From a virus (taxonomy: Duplodnaviria; Heunggongvirae; Uroviricota; Caudoviricetes), in the IMG/VR virus record IMGVR_UViG_3300010430_000005, positions 19,467-83,466 of that record: 64,000 bases of DNA. One strand, written 5' to 3'. The position numbers and the translations under genes were made by a program. Shown here in pieces: positions 1 through 8,992 of the stretch. The notes below the pieces were generated by a model, which was given only the letters and a program-made list of their open reading frames with translations, did not search any database and was not told the DNA's origin. Position 1 is the first letter of the stretch, and each line of letters starts with the position of its first letter.

Positions 1-600
1 GGTTACAACGAGTATCTAGAAACACAAAAGCAAGATTCCAAGGAAAGCGGAATCGAAACTTTCGTTTCTCTTTATAAATTTAACGGTAATGACGTTATTA
101 ACGTTATCGACCGAAAGTCTATTGAAGACGTAGAGTCACTGACGACTTCTCAATACACTCCAAACGGCATGACGAATCTTTATGATGCTGTAGGGTCTGT
201 TATGGCTACGATCAATAAGGATCTATCATCCAAGAAAAAAAAGAATCGCGATTCTATCATTATTACTATCTTGACAGACGGCGGTGAGAATGCGTCGAGG
301 TCATTCAATAACAAAGATGTCAAAATGATGGTCGAGAAAGCAGAGGGTAAGAACTGGGGCTTCATGTTCCTAGGTGCTAACATTAATGCTTTTGACGTAG
401 GCAGTGTTATGGGATTTAAAGCCGAAAACACCATCCAATACGAAACAACTAGCATGGGCGCTACTATGCGTACAGCATCTGCTATGACATCGCGACTAAA
501 ACACTCATACGATACCGGCGTAGCGACAGCGGACGCGTATGTGTCTAATGCGTTTACTCCCGAAGAGAGGATGTCTGTAGTGGGCGATAAAGATGCCTAA
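1..600 (+). CDS. vWA (von Willebrand factor A)-like domain protein, C-terminal part (5' end outside window)
   Basis: Frame is open from nt 1 with no stop. Contains the motif ILTDGGENA and TNLYDAV, typical of vWA/MIDAS-fold proteins. Confidence 0.45.
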   Translation, partial: GYNEYLETQKQDSKESGIETFVSLYKFNGNDVINVIDRKSIEDVESLTTSQYTPNGMTNLYDAVGSVMATINKDLSSKKKKNRDSIIITILTDGGENASRSFNNKDVKMMVEKAEGKNWGFMFLGANINAFDVGSVMGFKAENTIQYETTSMGATMRTASAMTSRLKHSYDTGVATADAYVSNAFTPEERMSVVGDKDA

Positions 601-853
601 AACACCGTATGAAATTAGGCTAGACGTACTTCGTCTAGCCAACGAAATCGCTTCTAAAGATTTTAACTCTAAAATGGAAGTGTTTGCCGAAGAAGTTACT
701 ACTATGAGGCAACAGAGTGATTGGAGCACGGTAAACCACATACGCACCAACACTCCTAAAATGTACAGCGTCGATGACATAAAAAAACAAGCATCTTCGT
801 TGTATGAATTTGTAATTGACAAAAATCCTAAGAAAGGAAAACATAATGAATAA
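593..853 (+). CDS. hypothetical protein
   Basis: 86-aa ORF whose ATG overlaps the upstream stop (ATGCCTAA). Confidence 0.35.
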   Translation: MPKTPYEIRLDVLRLANEIASKDFNSKMEVFAEEVTTMRQQSDWSTVNHIRTNTPKMYSVDDIKKQASSLYEFVIDKNPKKGKHNE

Positions 854-1088
854 ACTAGCAATCGCAACCGTAGCAGTTACAATTTTCGGTGCAACCGCGG
901 CAACAGCAAATGAATTGACTTGGGTAGCAGGTGCCGAATATGCTATAGAAGCAGACACCGCAGAGACAACCGCAGGTCTTGAGTACGCAGTTAACGATTT
1001 TACTTTTGCGCCTTTGCTGACTGTTAATGATGCCTCTGGCAGTTTCGACTATGCAGAAACGACTGTAGGTTTCGCGGTTCGCTTCTAA
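846..1088 (+). CDS. small secreted/exported hypothetical protein
   Basis: RBS aaaggaaaacatAATG. N-terminal hydrophobic signal-like segment NKLAIATVAVTIFGATAATA. Confidence 0.4.
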   Translation: MNKLAIATVAVTIFGATAATANELTWVAGAEYAIEADTAETTAGLEYAVNDFTFAPLLTVNDASGSFDYAETTVGFAVRF

Positions 1089-1171
1089 TAGCGAGATAGG
1101 TTGGACGCTAAAAATAGTCCCGCGCGAGGCCAACGGTAAGCCTCGCAACTTATACACAGAAGGAGAATAAT

Positions 1172-1414
1172 ATGAATAAGCCACAAGTAAAAATTGGCAA
1201 AAACGGATATGAAATTCGCTCGGATATCCTGGAAATAGCTCACCAATATGTCATGGACGAATACAAGTTCAAGATGATGGGATGGGAAATGTCTGCGACT
1301 AAAGGTGACGACGGAAGTGTCACTACAAAGGTAGAGATGCCATCGTTCCCTGGTAAAGAGCAAGTGCTTGAGACGGCAAGAATTTTCTATGGGTTTGTCG
1401 ACGAAAAACGATAA
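1172..1414 (+). CDS. hypothetical protein
   Basis: 80-aa ORF with strong RBS gaaggagaataatATG. Confidence 0.5.
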   Translation: MNKPQVKIGKNGYEIRSDILEIAHQYVMDEYKFKMMGWEMSATKGDDGSVTTKVEMPSFPGKEQVLETARIFYGFVDEKR

Positions 1415-1425
1415 GGATAAAGTTA

Positions 1426-1619
1426 TGCTTGTTTCTACACACTACAAAGAAGGCCATGGTCGGGCAGAAATCAAAAAAGCCGATTCAGGTTATGTCGTGG
1501 AATTCTATAACGAACGAGGCGACATGATAGAAAGTAAAAACTTCTTCGATAAATCGATCTACTTTGTCGAAGATGTTGCCGAAAATTGGACTCTTGGTTA
1601 CAAGGTTATCAACGGATGA
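1426..1619 (+). CDS. hypothetical protein
   Basis: ORF with RBS aaggataaagttATG. The track's alternative start at 1368 overlaps the upstream gene. Confidence 0.4.
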
Positions 1620-1849
1620 TAGTAAGACTGTCTGCTGAAATTATTCACAGAGAGATAAGCCCCATGCTACAAAATGGGGCCTCTTACATCGATGCGTTGA
1701 CTATATACGCACACGATAACAATATGGAAATAGAGGCTCTGGCCAGCATAATTTCAAAGTCTGAAGTTATCGTCGAGAAGATTAGGTCAGAAGCTGTTTC
1801 TATGAGACTAGTTAAAGACGAAAGAATCAATGCAACAATTTGCGACTAG
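1615..1849 (+). CDS. hypothetical protein
   Basis: ORF overlapping the previous stop (ATGATAG). Start is uncertain; the track gives 1586. Confidence 0.3.
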
Positions 1850-2420
1850 AGAAGCATTTGTTACATATGTCGATTACTTAGCGCTCAAACGCCACTTCAC
1901 AACAACAACTTATGATTACCACAAATTCAACGGTAAAATTCGTTGCGGGTTGGATTCTTTCAAGAAAAGACGTGACGTTGAGGTTTTTTACAGACTTTCG
2001 AAAGAAAGCGATAGCCACAATATGTTGCTTTCGAATTTTGTAGAAAAACCTAAGTTTTGGGTCGGAAAAATACTTGACGCCGAATCTAAAGACATATATA
2101 ACGATTGGAAACGACGGACACAGTCGTTTGAGTATTTGTTTAGCTTAGATCTTAATAAGTTAGACGATAATTTCCAAAACAATTTTTATATTCGCCAGGG
2201 TGAGAATCCCCTGCTGCTTGACCTATACATGAGAAAACAAATCATGATAGAGACGGTAGCAGTCTTGCTCAAAACTACGAATACATTAGAGTATTGGAAG
2301 ACAAATATTTCTGATAAGATAATAGCATTAGACAAAATCAATCATATCGGAAATTACATTCCTTTCGTAAAATACAACGAAAAGAATATTGAAAAAAAGT
2401 TACGTGAAATGTTCTTTTAA
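1830..2420 (+). CDS. hypothetical protein
   Basis: 196-aa ORF with no recognisable motifs. Confidence 0.45.
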   Translation: MQQFATREAFVTYVDYLALKRHFTTTTYDYHKFNGKIRCGLDSFKKRRDVEVFYRLSKESDSHNMLLSNFVEKPKFWVGKILDAESKDIYNDWKRRTQSFEYLFSLDLNKLDDNFQNNFYIRQGENPLLLDLYMRKQIMIETVAVLLKTTNTLEYWKTNISDKIIALDKINHIGNYIPFVKYNEKNIEKKLREMFF

Positions 2421-2441
2421 CCATAGTTTCGTTATAAATAA

Positions 2442-2449
2442 ACATGCCC
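2442..2449 (+). promoter_or_regulatory. T4-type late promoter box TATAAATA upstream of gene 32
   Basis: Exact TATAAATA about 60 nt upstream of the SSB gene start. Confidence 0.35.
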
Positions 2450-2508
2450 TAGAGGCGAAACATACTGCGTAATACAACAAAATACATTAAAATACAGGAG
2501 AAATACAA

Positions 2509-3438
2509 ATGGCTTCATCATTTAGTTCACTTAAAAAATCCCGCACCAATGCTTTTGATAAGCTCAACAAACAGCTTTCTAGCATGGCAAACAGCGGTTA
2601 TTCCAACCCAGACGAAGATAAATATTGGCAGCCTAAAGTAGACGCTTCGGGTAACGGTATGGCTATCATCAGATTCCTTCCGGCACCTAACGGTGAAGAT
2701 ATGCCCTTTATTCGTCTTTGGACACACGGTTTTCAGGGCCCTTCGGGCAAATGGTATATTGAAAACTGCCGTTCTACAATTAACGAAGATGACCCGGTCA
2801 ACGATCTCAACAACACTCTTTGGAATAGCGGTGTTGAGGCAGACAAAGAAATCGCACGTAAACAAAAACGTCGTTTGAGCTACATCTCAAATATCTATGT
2901 TGTGCGCGATCCTAGCAACCCAGATAACGAAGGTAAAGTATTCTTGTACAAGTACGGCAAGAAAATCTTCGATAAGCTGAACGATGCTATGAACCCAGAG
3001 TTTGAGGGCGAAGTGGCCGTTAATCCGTTCGATTTCTGGGAAGGCGCAAACTTCCGTCTAAAGATCCGTAAGGTAGAAGGTTATCGCAACTACGATAAAT
3101 CGGAGTTTGATTCTCCAGAGGCATTGCTAGATGACGATGATAAACTAGAGGAAATCTGGAAACAGCAACATTCCTTGCAGGAAATCATCGACCCTAAAAA
3201 CTTCAAGCCATACGATGAGCTAAAGAAAAAGCTGGACATGGTATTGGGTAAAAACACTTCTTCTTCCTCGGCTGCGACAGCAAATGACGAAGATATGGGT
3301 AGCAGCAGCGACTTTGATCTATCTAAACTAGGTTCCTCGGACCCCGAACCAGAAATCAATTCCTCCTCTTCTGAAGATAGTGGTTCTGGCGAAGTTGATG
3401 ACGATATCGCGTTTTTCCAATCTCTAGCAAATAGCTAA
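2509..3438 (+). CDS. 32: single-stranded DNA-binding protein (T4 gp32 family)
   Basis: The blocks WQPKVDASGNGMAIIRFLPAPNGEDMPFIRLWTHGF...GKWYIENCRST, FLYKYGKKIFDKL and WEGANFRLKIRKV are colinear with T4 gp32. Acidic C-terminal tail. Confidence 0.9.
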   Translation: MASSFSSLKKSRTNAFDKLNKQLSSMANSGYSNPDEDKYWQPKVDASGNGMAIIRFLPAPNGEDMPFIRLWTHGFQGPSGKWYIENCRSTINEDDPVNDLNNTLWNSGVEADKEIARKQKRRLSYISNIYVVRDPSNPDNEGKVFLYKYGKKIFDKLNDAMNPEFEGEVAVNPFDFWEGANFRLKIRKVEGYRNYDKSEFDSPEALLDDDDKLEEIWKQQHSLQEIIDPKNFKPYDELKKKLDMVLGKNTSSSSAATANDEDMGSSSDFDLSKLGSSDPEPEINSSSSEDSGSGEVDDDIAFFQSLANS

Positions 3439-3445
3439 AAAGAAA

Positions 3446-3477
3446 AGCGGTAAGGCCCCGAGTCTTACCGCTCTTTT
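3446..3477 (+). terminator. rho-independent terminator
   Basis: AGCGGTAAG-gccccgagt-CTTACCGCT followed by CTTTT. Confidence 0.6.
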
Positions 3478-3482
3478 GCCCA

Positions 3483-3731
3483 ATGGCAATAAATGATTTT
3501 GGCTTCTCTTTTATTGACGATACTAGAGACGAACTTGAAAGAGTCACAAACGAAAAAGAAGTAACTATAGGCGATCTCCAGAATCGGCTTCAGTTAATGT
3601 ATGATGCTATAGATCCGCTACTAAATAATCTTGCATCCAATCCAGAAAAAACAACAATATATTGGCCCAATCGAGAAGAGGTTATTAAACAGTTTCGTTC
3701 TGAACTGGAAGCCTTGCTACGAATAGAATAG
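3483..3731 (+). CDS. hypothetical protein
   Basis: 82-aa ORF between gene 32 and uvsX. Confidence 0.35.
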   Translation: MAINDFGFSFIDDTRDELERVTNEKEVTIGDLQNRLQLMYDAIDPLLNNLASNPEKTTIYWPNREEVIKQFRSELEALLRIE

Positions 3732-3740
3732 GAGAATAAT

Positions 3741-5186
3741 ATGAGCCTTTTAGATAAAATGCTTAAGAGCGGCAGCACTAAGAATACTACACTATTGTCC
3801 AAGTCGGACTTTTTCGGAGGAGACGAGTCCAACATTGTTCCTATTGGCATTCCGATTCTTAACACGGCTTTCAGCGGAGAAATTGACGGCGGTTTGACAC
3901 CAGGACTTATTGTTGTCGCGGGAGCGAGTAAGACGTTCAAAACTATGATTTCTTTGCTATGTATGAAAGCATTCTTAGATAAATACGATGACGGTATCGC
4001 TCTGCTTTATGATTCAGAATTTGGCATTACACCTGAGTATATCGAAAGTTTCGGGATCGACACAGAACGAGTTGTCCATATACCCATCGAGAATATCGAA
4101 ATACTGAAATTTGACCTTGTAGGTAAGCTACAAGAAATCGATAAAAAAGATAATGTCTTTATTATGATAGATTCTGTAGGCAACTTGGCTTCTAAAAAGG
4201 AAGTCGAAGACGCCGAGAATGAAAAGTCTGTAGCAGACATGACTCGTGCTAAATCTCTCAAATCGTTGTTTAGGATCATCACTCCTCACCTAACAATGAA
4301 AAAGATTCCTTGCTTGGCTATCAACCACATATATCTCGAGCAGGGTCTTTATCCGAAAGCTATTGTCTCGGGTGGATGCTTAGATGGTTCTACGGAAATT
4401 ATTATGTCCGACGGTTCAACAAAGAAGATTCAAGACATAGACGCTGGCGAATCCGTACTTACTCTTGAAGGCGGGCGTGAAGTTACGCACACATGGGACC
4501 CCGACACATTAGAAGAAGGAACGCCAGAGTGTTACGAAATAAAGTTCGACGATGGTAGTAGTGTCATTTGCTCGGATTCGCACCGGTTTATGAATATGAA
4601 CGGTGAATGGGAAGAAGTGTCATTACTTAACGTCGGAGACGTTCTGGGGCAAGAAACAAAAAAAATCACTTCTATAAAAAAAATAGGTAAGCGGCCCGTA
4701 TACGATATTACAGTCAGTGACGTGGCCCATTACATCTTAAAAAACGGCTTAGTGTCTCACAACACAGGTGTGATGTATTCTGCAAACCAAGTGTTCATCA
4801 TTACTAAATCGCAAGAAAAAGATGGCACTGATCTAGCAGGTTACAAATTCACCATCAACATTGAAAAATCGAGATATGTACGAGAAAAAGCCAAACTTCC
4901 ATTTACTGTTTTGTACGAAACAGGTATCAGAAAATGGTCAGGAATGTTTGACTTAGCACTCGAATTCGGTTATGTTGTAAAAGCGAATCAAGGCTGGTAC
5001 AACAAGGTAGACTTCGAAACAGGCGAAGTGATTGAACCTAAGTGCCGAGCCAAAGACATAGACAACGATGACGAGTTCTTCGAAGCGCTAGTTAAAGATT
5101 CGGCTTTCAAAAAATTCATAGAGAAAAAATATAAGTTGGGTGCCCCGTTGTTAGATCAAGGGGAGCATCAGGAACCTGAGGAGTAA
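3741..5186 (+). CDS. uvsX: UvsX/RecA-family recombinase interrupted by an in-frame mini-intein
   Basis: RBS ggagaataatATG. RecA-type Walker A in GLIVVAGASKTFKT. Extein similarity to UvsX resumes after the insert (TGVMYSANQVFIITKS). Confidence 0.8.
   Translation: MSLLDKMLKSGSTKNTTLLSKSDFFGGDESNIVPIGIPILNTAFSGEIDGGLTPGLIVVAGASKTFKTMISLLCMKAFLDKYDDGIALLYDSEFGITPEYIESFGIDTERVVHIPIENIEILKFDLVGKLQEIDKKDNVFIMIDSVGNLASKKEVEDAENEKSVADMTRAKSLKSLFRIITPHLTMKKIPCLAINHIYLEQGLYPKAIVSGGCLDGSTEIIMSDGSTKKIQDIDAGESVLTLEGGREVTHTWDPDTLEEGTPECYEIKFDDGSSVICSDSHRFMNMNGEWEEVSLLNVGDVLGQETKKITSIKKIGKRPVYDITVSDVAHYILKNGLVSHNTGVMYSANQVFIITKSQEKDGTDLAGYKFTINIEKSRYVREKAKLPFTVLYETGIRKWSGMFDLALEFGYVVKANQGWYNKVDFETGEVIEPKCRAKDIDNDDEFFEALVKDSAFKKFIEKKYKLGAPLLDQGEHQEPEE
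4377..4763 (+). other. mini-intein (Hint domain) inside uvsX
   Basis: Insert starts at Cys (CLDGSTEIIMSDG, block A-like) and ends in ...LVSHN followed by Thr (+1 nucleophile). About 129 aa with no homing-endonuclease domain. Confidence 0.7.
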
Positions 5187-5191
5187 TTTTT

Positions 5192-6616
5192 GTGATCGAA
5201 AAGACTATTTTATCGAATCTACTATATAATGAGGAGTATGCTCGAAATGTTTTTCCTTACATCAAAGAAGAATATTTCGAGAGTCAATCACAGAAAAAAT
5301 TATTCCAGGCTTATAGCGAATACATGGACAACTTTAAGGAGCCTCCTTCAATGGAGGCTCTTCAAATCACTATCGAAAATTTGAAGGGTGTTAACGAAGA
5401 GACGTTCAAAGAAATAAACAAGCTGTGCGATAGTTTGGAAGTAGACGAAAAGACTAATCAGCAATGGCTAGTCGGAGAAACAGAGAAGTTTTGTCAAGAA
5501 AGAGACCTATACAATTCTATCCATCGAGCTATCCTCATCATCCAAGGCGAGGATAAAGTTAACGATAAAGGCAACATTCCTAAGATGCTGTCTGACTCGC
5601 TAGGAATTAGTTTCGACAGTAACCTAGGACACGACTACGCCGAAGACTTAGACGAGCGATATGAATTTTACCACAGGAGAGAAGAGCGCATAGAGTTTGA
5701 TATTGACCTCCTCAACACCATTACAAAAGGCGGTCTGCCTCGAAAATCCTTGACTGTTTTTATGGCCGAAACAGGCGGCGGTAAGACTATCGTTAAGTGT
5801 CACGCGGCGGCAGCAGCATATGCTCTAGGCAAAAATGTCCTTTACATTACAGCAGAAATGGCAGAAGAACGCATCGCCGAACGTATAGACGCTAATCTAT
5901 TGGGTGTTACTATGGATGAAGTGAAGGAAATTCCGAGAGACGTATTTGCCAAAAAAGTCAATCGCGTTAAGAGCAAAACTCCTGGCAGACTAAAGATTAA
6001 GGAATACCCCACAGGTGCCGCACACGCGGGACACTTTAGGCATTTCATTAATGAACTCCAAATGAAAGAGAACTTTGTCCCCGATATCATTTTTATAGAT
6101 TACTTGAACATATGCGGGTCCTCAAGAATCAAAGGTGCGGCTGCGGCTAATTCTTATACGTTGGTTAAGTCCATCGCAGAAGAACTACGTGGTCTAGCTA
6201 TGGAATTCAACCTACCCATTGTAACCTCGACTCAGCTAAACAGGGGCGGTTATGGTAACAGCGAGGTTGACTTGACTAACATCTCCGAATCCATGGGTCT
6301 TGGACACACTGCAGATGCTATCTTTGCTATTATCAATTCGGAAGACTTGAGTGACAGAGGGCAGATAATGTTCAAGCAATTAAAGAATCGCTGGGGAGAT
6401 CTAAATTATTACAGAAAGTTTGTAGTGGGTATAGACCGTTCTAGAATGAAACTATATAACGTAGATTTATCCGCACAATCGGAAATTGAAGGCAACAACA
6501 GCCAAAAGTCGAACAATTCTAGCGGGCCGTCGAGCAAGTTAGATTTCGACACGCCGACATTCGATAAAACTAGATTTGGTAAAAAGAGAAACTTTTCTAC
6601 AGGAGGAATAAAATGA
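5192..6616 (+). CDS. 41: DnaB-like replicative DNA helicase (T4 gp41 family)
   Basis: GTG start with GGAG RBS. Walker A FMAETGGGKT. DnaB-family motifs (YITAEMAEERIAERI, SESMGLGHTAD). Confidence 0.85.
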   Translation: MIEKTILSNLLYNEEYARNVFPYIKEEYFESQSQKKLFQAYSEYMDNFKEPPSMEALQITIENLKGVNEETFKEINKLCDSLEVDEKTNQQWLVGETEKFCQERDLYNSIHRAILIIQGEDKVNDKGNIPKMLSDSLGISFDSNLGHDYAEDLDERYEFYHRREERIEFDIDLLNTITKGGLPRKSLTVFMAETGGGKTIVKCHAAAAAYALGKNVLYITAEMAEERIAERIDANLLGVTMDEVKEIPRDVFAKKVNRVKSKTPGRLKIKEYPTGAAHAGHFRHFINELQMKENFVPDIIFIDYLNICGSSRIKGAAAANSYTLVKSIAEELRGLAMEFNLPIVTSTQLNRGGYGNSEVDLTNISESMGLGHTADAIFAIINSEDLSDRGQIMFKQLKNRWGDLNYYRKFVVGIDRSRMKLYNVDLSAQSEIEGNNSQKSNNSSGPSSKLDFDTPTFDKTRFGKKRNFSTGGIK

Positions 6617-6777
6617 GCTATGTCGTGAAAGAATCCAAAATCGTCGAAGAAGAAACCGAAACCGTTATTGAATTCAAAAAACCCACAACCCAACTAAACA
6701 CCTTGTGTCGAAAGTTGAATCTAGGATCCGGGTTTGTCGGTTTTACTCCTCTATTTTTTGCGGAGTCGTGGAAATGA
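6613..6777 (+). CDS. small hypothetical protein (54 aa)
   Basis: Strong RBS acaggaggaataaaATGA overlapping the gp41 stop. Not in the ORF track because it is under 60 aa. Confidence 0.3.
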   Translation: MSYVVKESKIVEEETETVIEFKKPTTQLNTLCRKLNLGSGFVGFTPLFFAESWK

Positions 6778-7184
6778 ACATAACTTTTGAAGGGGCGGTT
6801 CCGGATTTCATAACAGAAGAAATGCAAAAATTATCTGACTTTGTTGTTGAGTATTTTGGCCCTGGGTTAGACTGCGAAGTGGTAATGGTTTTTGACGATA
6901 ACATGGCAGAGCACGAGCACGGATTTATTGGGCAGACTAATGATGATAGCTACGAAGCGGAGATAAACTCTAACATGTCGTACGAGGAAACCATTCGAAG
7001 CATATTTCACGAAATGGTACATGCGCACCAGTTGTTCTCTGGTAAATTGGTCGTGGAGAAAAGCAATAAATACTGGGAAGGACAATGTTTTTCGCAATGC
7101 GAATATAGCGATTCTCCTTGGGAAATAGAAGCCCACCAAAAAGAAAATGACATGTATTCATTATGGGAGTTCAAGTATGGATGA
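6774..7184 (+). CDS. hypothetical protein with HExxH (zinc-metallopeptidase-like) motif
   Basis: ATGA overlap start. The motif FHEMVHAHQ contains HEMVH. Confidence 0.4.
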   Translation: MNITFEGAVPDFITEEMQKLSDFVVEYFGPGLDCEVVMVFDDNMAEHEHGFIGQTNDDSYEAEINSNMSYEETIRSIFHEMVHAHQLFSGKLVVEKSNKYWEGQCFSQCEYSDSPWEIEAHQKENDMYSLWEFKYG

Positions 7185-8805
7185 GATAGACACAAAACAG
7201 CTAATAATAGAAGCTTATCTAGATATAGTAGAAACGAATATGGCCGTGCCGGTCCAAAGCGATTTTGTCGAATACGGCATAAAACGAGGCGCCATCCGTT
7301 ACCATTTTGGTAACATGGAAAACCTGCATAGATATATAAGCAATAACCATAAAAATGCTATTAGCGAATATTTCTCTACGGTAGACAATGTCTTCAAAGG
7401 CGGCGAGTACGTCGAGCAAAATATGAACAAGAAAAAATATGTCGTGACAACTGCTGTTGCGGATGCTAAGGCACACAAAGGTTTTCTTGATTCTATAAAA
7501 CATTACTGCAAAACCCACGATGCTAGCATAATAATAATGCCTTGCGAAAGCATCACTAACAGTTTTGAGCGCAGAACTGCGACTTTTGATAAAGAATTCA
7601 ACAACGAAGATTATATATTCGTCACAGACGACACTCAGCTAAACGAAAATATTTCGTTATGTAGCATTCAAGTATCGGCCAAGCAAATAAAGCCCATAAC
7701 GGGCCTTAACCGAATAGGTCACCGTGAGGGTTCTTATGTTTTTGCGAGTCCGAAGCAATTCTTAGAGTACGTACCCACAGGACATTCTAGGGGTAAAAAC
7801 TATGCTGTCATGACTCCGGGCGCATGCACCAAACCAAGTTATTATTCGGATACGTTTGTTTCTAAACGACTTTCCTACATCGCGGACCATGACCACACAT
7901 ACGGTGCACTAATAATCGAGATAGAGGACGACAAGACTTTCCACTTCAGACAAGTGCAGGCAGATGAAGAAGGTAAATTTATTGATTTAGGTGTGATGTA
8001 CTCGCCCGAAGGAACAACTAAAGATGTAGAAACTAATGTTATATTGGGCGATGTGCATGCGGCGCAGGTAGACAAAGATGTAGTAGATTCTTTCATAGGA
8101 GCAATGAAAGACATAAACATAAAAAGGTGCTTCCTACACGACATATTTGACGGACACTCTATAAACCACCACATTACAACAATAGGCGAAAGAGCTATGA
8201 GAGCTCTGTATAAAGAGCAATCACTAGAAGAAGAGCTCAGAGTTACTTGGTCCGTAATCAATCACATAAGAGAAGGTTTGGGTGCTGACCACACATATGT
8301 AGTAAAATCTAACCACGATGAGTTTCTTGATCGTTACTTGAAAGAAGGTAGGTATATAGATGACCCAGAAAACCATTACATTAGCTTAAAGATAGCACCT
8401 TCTCTTTTTGGGGAGCTTTGCGGAGATCCTTTGGTGGCCGGTCTAATTTTATCGAACGGTATAGAAACTTTCGAGAACATAACATTCCTTCGTCGCGATT
8501 CGGACGTTACTGTGGGCGGTTCTCAATGCGCAGCACACGGAGACCTAGGCTTGAACGGTGCCAAATCCTCCCTCAACGGTTTAGAAAAAATATACGGTAA
8601 TTGTGTAGTCGGGCATGTCCACAGCGCTGCTATACAACGAGGTGTTTTTCGAGTAGGCACGTTCACTAAGATGGATATGGGATACAACAGAGGGCCTTCG
8701 TCGTGGACACATACTGCATGTCTCTTGTACGAAAATGGCCAACGACAACTCATCAATTGCGTAAATGGTAAGTTTTACAAAGATCAAGAACAAAATACGC
8801 AATAA
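7177..8805 (+). CDS. calcineurin-like metallophosphoesterase domain protein
   Basis: Ordered motifs LGDVHA (GDxH), FDGHS, KSNHDEF (GNHD/E) and VVGHVHS (GHxH). Has a large N-terminal extension. Confidence 0.55.
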   Translation: MDEIDTKQLIIEAYLDIVETNMAVPVQSDFVEYGIKRGAIRYHFGNMENLHRYISNNHKNAISEYFSTVDNVFKGGEYVEQNMNKKKYVVTTAVADAKAHKGFLDSIKHYCKTHDASIIIMPCESITNSFERRTATFDKEFNNEDYIFVTDDTQLNENISLCSIQVSAKQIKPITGLNRIGHREGSYVFASPKQFLEYVPTGHSRGKNYAVMTPGACTKPSYYSDTFVSKRLSYIADHDHTYGALIIEIEDDKTFHFRQVQADEEGKFIDLGVMYSPEGTTKDVETNVILGDVHAAQVDKDVVDSFIGAMKDINIKRCFLHDIFDGHSINHHITTIGERAMRALYKEQSLEEELRVTWSVINHIREGLGADHTYVVKSNHDEFLDRYLKEGRYIDDPENHYISLKIAPSLFGELCGDPLVAGLILSNGIETFENITFLRRDSDVTVGGSQCAAHGDLGLNGAKSSLNGLEKIYGNCVVGHVHSAAIQRGVFRVGTFTKMDMGYNRGPSSWTHTACLLYENGQRQLINCVNGKFYKDQEQNTQ

Positions 8806-8933
8806 AATTTTATTGCGACTATTGGAAGGATATAGTGGACATATTCGCAAAAATGAGTCTAAATGGAAATCGGTTAGTGACGAAGAAAAAGCTAGCGTAA
8901 CAAACTTAATTAGATATGTGCGTTACCGAATAA

Positions 8934-8960
8934 GAGAGGGCCTTTAGGGCCCTTTCTTTA
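8934..8960 (+). terminator. rho-independent terminator
   Basis: GAGAGGGCC-ttta-GGGCCCTTTC hairpin followed by TTTAT. Confidence 0.5.
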
Positions 8961-8992
8961 TAAATAAAATAAAACCGAAGGAGACTCTTATT

